Source of the DNA: Sandaracinaceae bacterium
GTDB lineage: Bacteria > Myxococcota_A > Polyangia > Polyangiales > Sandaracinaceae
DNA: 21,078 nt
Direction of reading: 5' to 3'
Assembly: GCA_044220955.1 (NCBI GenBank)
Contig: JBGAQA010000072.1
Location: 1-21,078, forward strand
The notes beneath the pieces are model-generated. The model worked only from the letters and a program-made list of their open reading frames with translations, did not search any database and was not told the origin of the DNA. This document shows positions 19,196 through 21,078 of this stretch, piece by piece. Each line of letters begins with the position of its first letter. The stretch's first letter is position 1. The position numbers and the translations under genes were made by a program.

Positions 19196-19639
19196 TCAGT
19201 CGTTGCAGTGCGCGACCCAGTCGTTGACGACGGCCTGTCGCGCGCTCAGGGTCTGCATCTCGGTCGTCTGCGCCGCGGTCGTCGCCGCGCCGTCGTTCGC
19301 CGCCCAGCCGGCGGCCTCCGCGTCGAGCGCCGCCGCCTGCGGCTCGTAGCTGGCGAGGAAGCGCCGCGCGTATCCGAGCACGCGCTCGTCGGTGAACGGC
19401 GGCGGCTGCGCGGCGATCGCCCGGATGGCCGCCGCGCGATCGCGGTACCACACGGCTCGCTGGTCGTTGGTGACGTCGGGCGTCAGCCGCGCGTTCGGCA
19501 CCCGCGCCTCGACCTGGGCATCGATGCCGTTCGACCAGTCGGCGAAGCGCCCGCACTCGTCGTGCCGCCGAGCCGCCGTCCCACACGCAGCGAGGCCAGC
19601 GCAGAGAGCGAGCACCCACCCGAGCCTCGTCTTCGTCAC
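19196..19639 (-). CDS. Hypothetical helical lipoprotein
   Basis: GTG at 19639 (alternative in-frame ATG at 19696 with GAGGA); VTKTRLGWVLALCAGLAAC lipobox; N- and C-terminal Cys could form a disulfide. Confidence 0.8.
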   Translation of the reverse strand: MTKTRLGWVLALCAGLAACGTAARRHDECGRFADWSNGIDAQVEARVPNARLTPDVTNDQRAVWYRDRAAAIRAIAAQPPPFTDERVLGYARRFLASYEPQAAALDAEAAGWAANDGAATTAAQTTEMQTLSARQAVVNDWVAHCND

Positions 19640-19692
19640 GGGCCGACGGTAGCTCGGACCGTCGGGCGTAGGAAGGATGAGCGTCGGCGTCC

Positions 19693-20172
19693 TCATGCGA
19701 GTCCTCGGGGCCGATGTGCTGCGAAGGCAGGCCGCGCGACCAGCCCCGCCCGCGCGCCCGGCGCAGGCCCGCTCGAGATGCCTGCGGACGCCCGGATGAA
19801 CGCCTCGCTCGCGGGTCGGGCGGTGCGGACGGACGCGGGACACCGCCCGGACCCAGCCGGCCGTTCGGCGCGGGCCCGCACGTGCTCGCGCTCGAGGTGC
19901 GCCGCCGCGGCGACGTCCTCTACACGACCGGCCACCGCGTCACGATCACGAGGCCGCCATCCCATAGTGTCGGAGCAGGTCGCGAAGATCGCAGGCCAGG
20001 CGCGCGCCGCGACCGGGTCGGTCGTCAGCGCCGTCGATGCGATCGTGCTGCGCGCCTGACACGTCGAGCGTCGCGTCGCAGACACCGCGGTACCCGAGCG
20101 AACGGGGCGCTCCCCTCGCGCAGGAGCGCATCCGGCGAGCAAGAGGCAGAGGACGCCGAGGAGCCCACGCAT
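19693..20172 (-). pseudogene. Lipoprotein gene, probably degenerate/frameshifted
   Basis: MRGLLGVLCLLLAGC lipobox begins 1 nt after the upstream stop; codon quality falls after the Cys and the frame runs through repeat copy 2. Confidence 0.45.
19713..19788. repeat. Dispersed direct repeat, copy 2
   Basis: GATGTGCTGCGAAGGCAGGCCGCGCGACCAGCCCCGC...GCGCAGGC-N11-GCCTGCGGA; matches 19003-19078. Confidence 0.9.
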
Positions 20173-20173
20173 C

Positions 20174-20656
20174 TCAGGGCCCGCAGTAGGCGAGCAGGTC
20201 GTTCTGCGCCGCGCTGCAGTCGCTCATCGACGCGCACGGGAAGGTGCGCGTGCCGGTCCGGTACTCGTAGACGCCGTGGTCGACGCAGGTCTCGATCATC
20301 GACGCGTCGCGCGCGCAGGTGCCGAAGGGCTGGCACATCGCGGTCGAGCCCATCGCGCACACGGCGAGCGCCTGGCTCTCGTCGTTGCAGCTGCCGCCGC
20401 CGCTCGTGGCCGAGCACAGCTGCGCGTCGGGCGCGCTCTCGAGGCACGAGACGTAGGCGTCGCCCGTCGTCGCGCAGCCCGGGCCGGCGGCCGCCAGTGC
20501 GTCGCACGCCGAGGTGCAGCCGGTGATGCTGCACACGCGCTCGACGCGGGCGCACATGGCGCGGCAGCGCTCGTCGAGCGTGCGGCTGCTGCCGGAGCAG
20601 CCAGCGACGCACGCCAGCGCGAGGGTCAGGGCTCCCGGAATCAGGCTTCGGTACAT
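20174..20656 (-). CDS. Cys-rich lipoprotein
   Basis: SD AGGAGG; MYRSLIPGALTLALACVAGC lipobox; 16 further Cys including CxxxC pairs in 160 aa. Confidence 0.85.
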   Translation of the reverse strand: MYRSLIPGALTLALACVAGCSGSSRTLDERCRAMCARVERVCSITGCTSACDALAAAGPGCATTGDAYVSCLESAPDAQLCSATSGGGSCNDESQALAVCAMGSTAMCQPFGTCARDASMIETCVDHGVYEYRTGTRTFPCASMSDCSAAQNDLLAYCGP

Positions 20657-20681
20657 GGGGTTCCTCCTGGTGGACGACGCG

Positions 20682-20697
20682 AGCAAGGTCCCTGCCG
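20682..20697 (-). promoter_or_regulatory. Sigma54 (-24/-12) promoter
   Basis: Minus strand CGGCAGGGACCTTGCT = GG-N10-GC with TTGCT; predicted start near 20671, just before the SD. Confidence 0.65.
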
Positions 20698-20879
20698 TGC
20701 TGGATCCCCGCGCGAAAGAGGGCGTGTCCCGCACCGGCGGCGAGCTCGCCCAGCGAATCGAGAGCCGCTCGCCAGAGGAGACTGCCCCCGGCGCCGACCT
20801 CCGCCCGCGCCCCGGCCTCTCGCCGCTCGGAACCATCGACTGCGGTGAGCGCACGGCTCGGCTCACGCGGGTTTGCGTC

Positions 20880-20911
20880 GGGTTGTCGGTCGACTTCCCG
20901 CCGACTACCCT
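20880..20911 (+). promoter_or_regulatory. Sigma70 promoter with overlapping inverted-repeat operator
   Basis: TTGTCG(20883-88)-N17-TACCCT(20906-11)-N6-ATG; inverted repeat GGGTTGTCGG(20880-89)/CCGACTACCC(20901-10), 9/10 match. Confidence 0.7.
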
Positions 20912-20917
20912 TCGGGT

Positions 20918-21078
20918 ATGCACGCGACGACCATCAAGCTCGACGGCGCCCTCGTCAGCCGACTCAAGACCGTCAAGCCACGCCACGAGACCCTCACGGG
21001 GTTCGTTCGCACGGTCCTCGACGCCGAGGTGCGCCGGCAACAGCTCCGCGCGGCGGCGGAGGCATACGCCGACCACCT
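20918..21078 (+). CDS. Ribbon-helix-helix protein, probable type II antitoxin (5' part; runs off the window)
   Basis: Not in the ORF track. MHATTIKLDGALVSRLKTVKPRHETLTGFVRTVLDAEVRRQQLRAAAEAYADH: RHH strand TTIKL, two helices, and an antitoxin-like L..A.EAY tail. Confidence 0.75.
   Translation, partial: MHATTIKLDGALVSRLKTVKPRHETLTGFVRTVLDAEVRRQQLRAAAEAYADH

Noticed and set aside
19003..19788. CRISPR array or integron attC interpretation of the repeat
   Set aside because: Only two copies 710 bp apart; no cas or integrase genes in the window and no RYYYAAC/GTTRRRY ends.

Overview
Very GC-rich bacterial DNA. The gene content (AgmX/GltG-type TonB protein, Cys-rich lipoproteins, a TSP3+VWA lipoprotein, sigma54-type promoters) suggests a myxobacterium, probably Polyangiales/Sandaracinaceae-like; this is an inference. 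Left part: the 3' end of a Gly-rich probable RNA-binding protein with a terminator; a minus-strand run of YbjN-like protein, ABC1/UbiB kinase and GltG/AgmX-like protein; a divergent TatT-like lipoprotein; and a small ORF. Middle: a five-gene czcCBA-like heavy-metal RND operon with an OmpR regulator and sensor kinase, all joined by 4-nt overlaps, with a repeat operator upstream. Right part: an accessory region rich in lipoproteins (Cys-rich, TolB-like, TSP3+VWA), a catechol-O-methyltransferase-like gene, decayed gene fragments, a ~76-bp two-copy element flanking a lipoprotein gene, and the start of an RHH antitoxin-like gene with its promoter/operator. No rRNA, tRNA, CRISPR array or transposase was seen. 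All family calls come from motif recognition by eye, not database searches.
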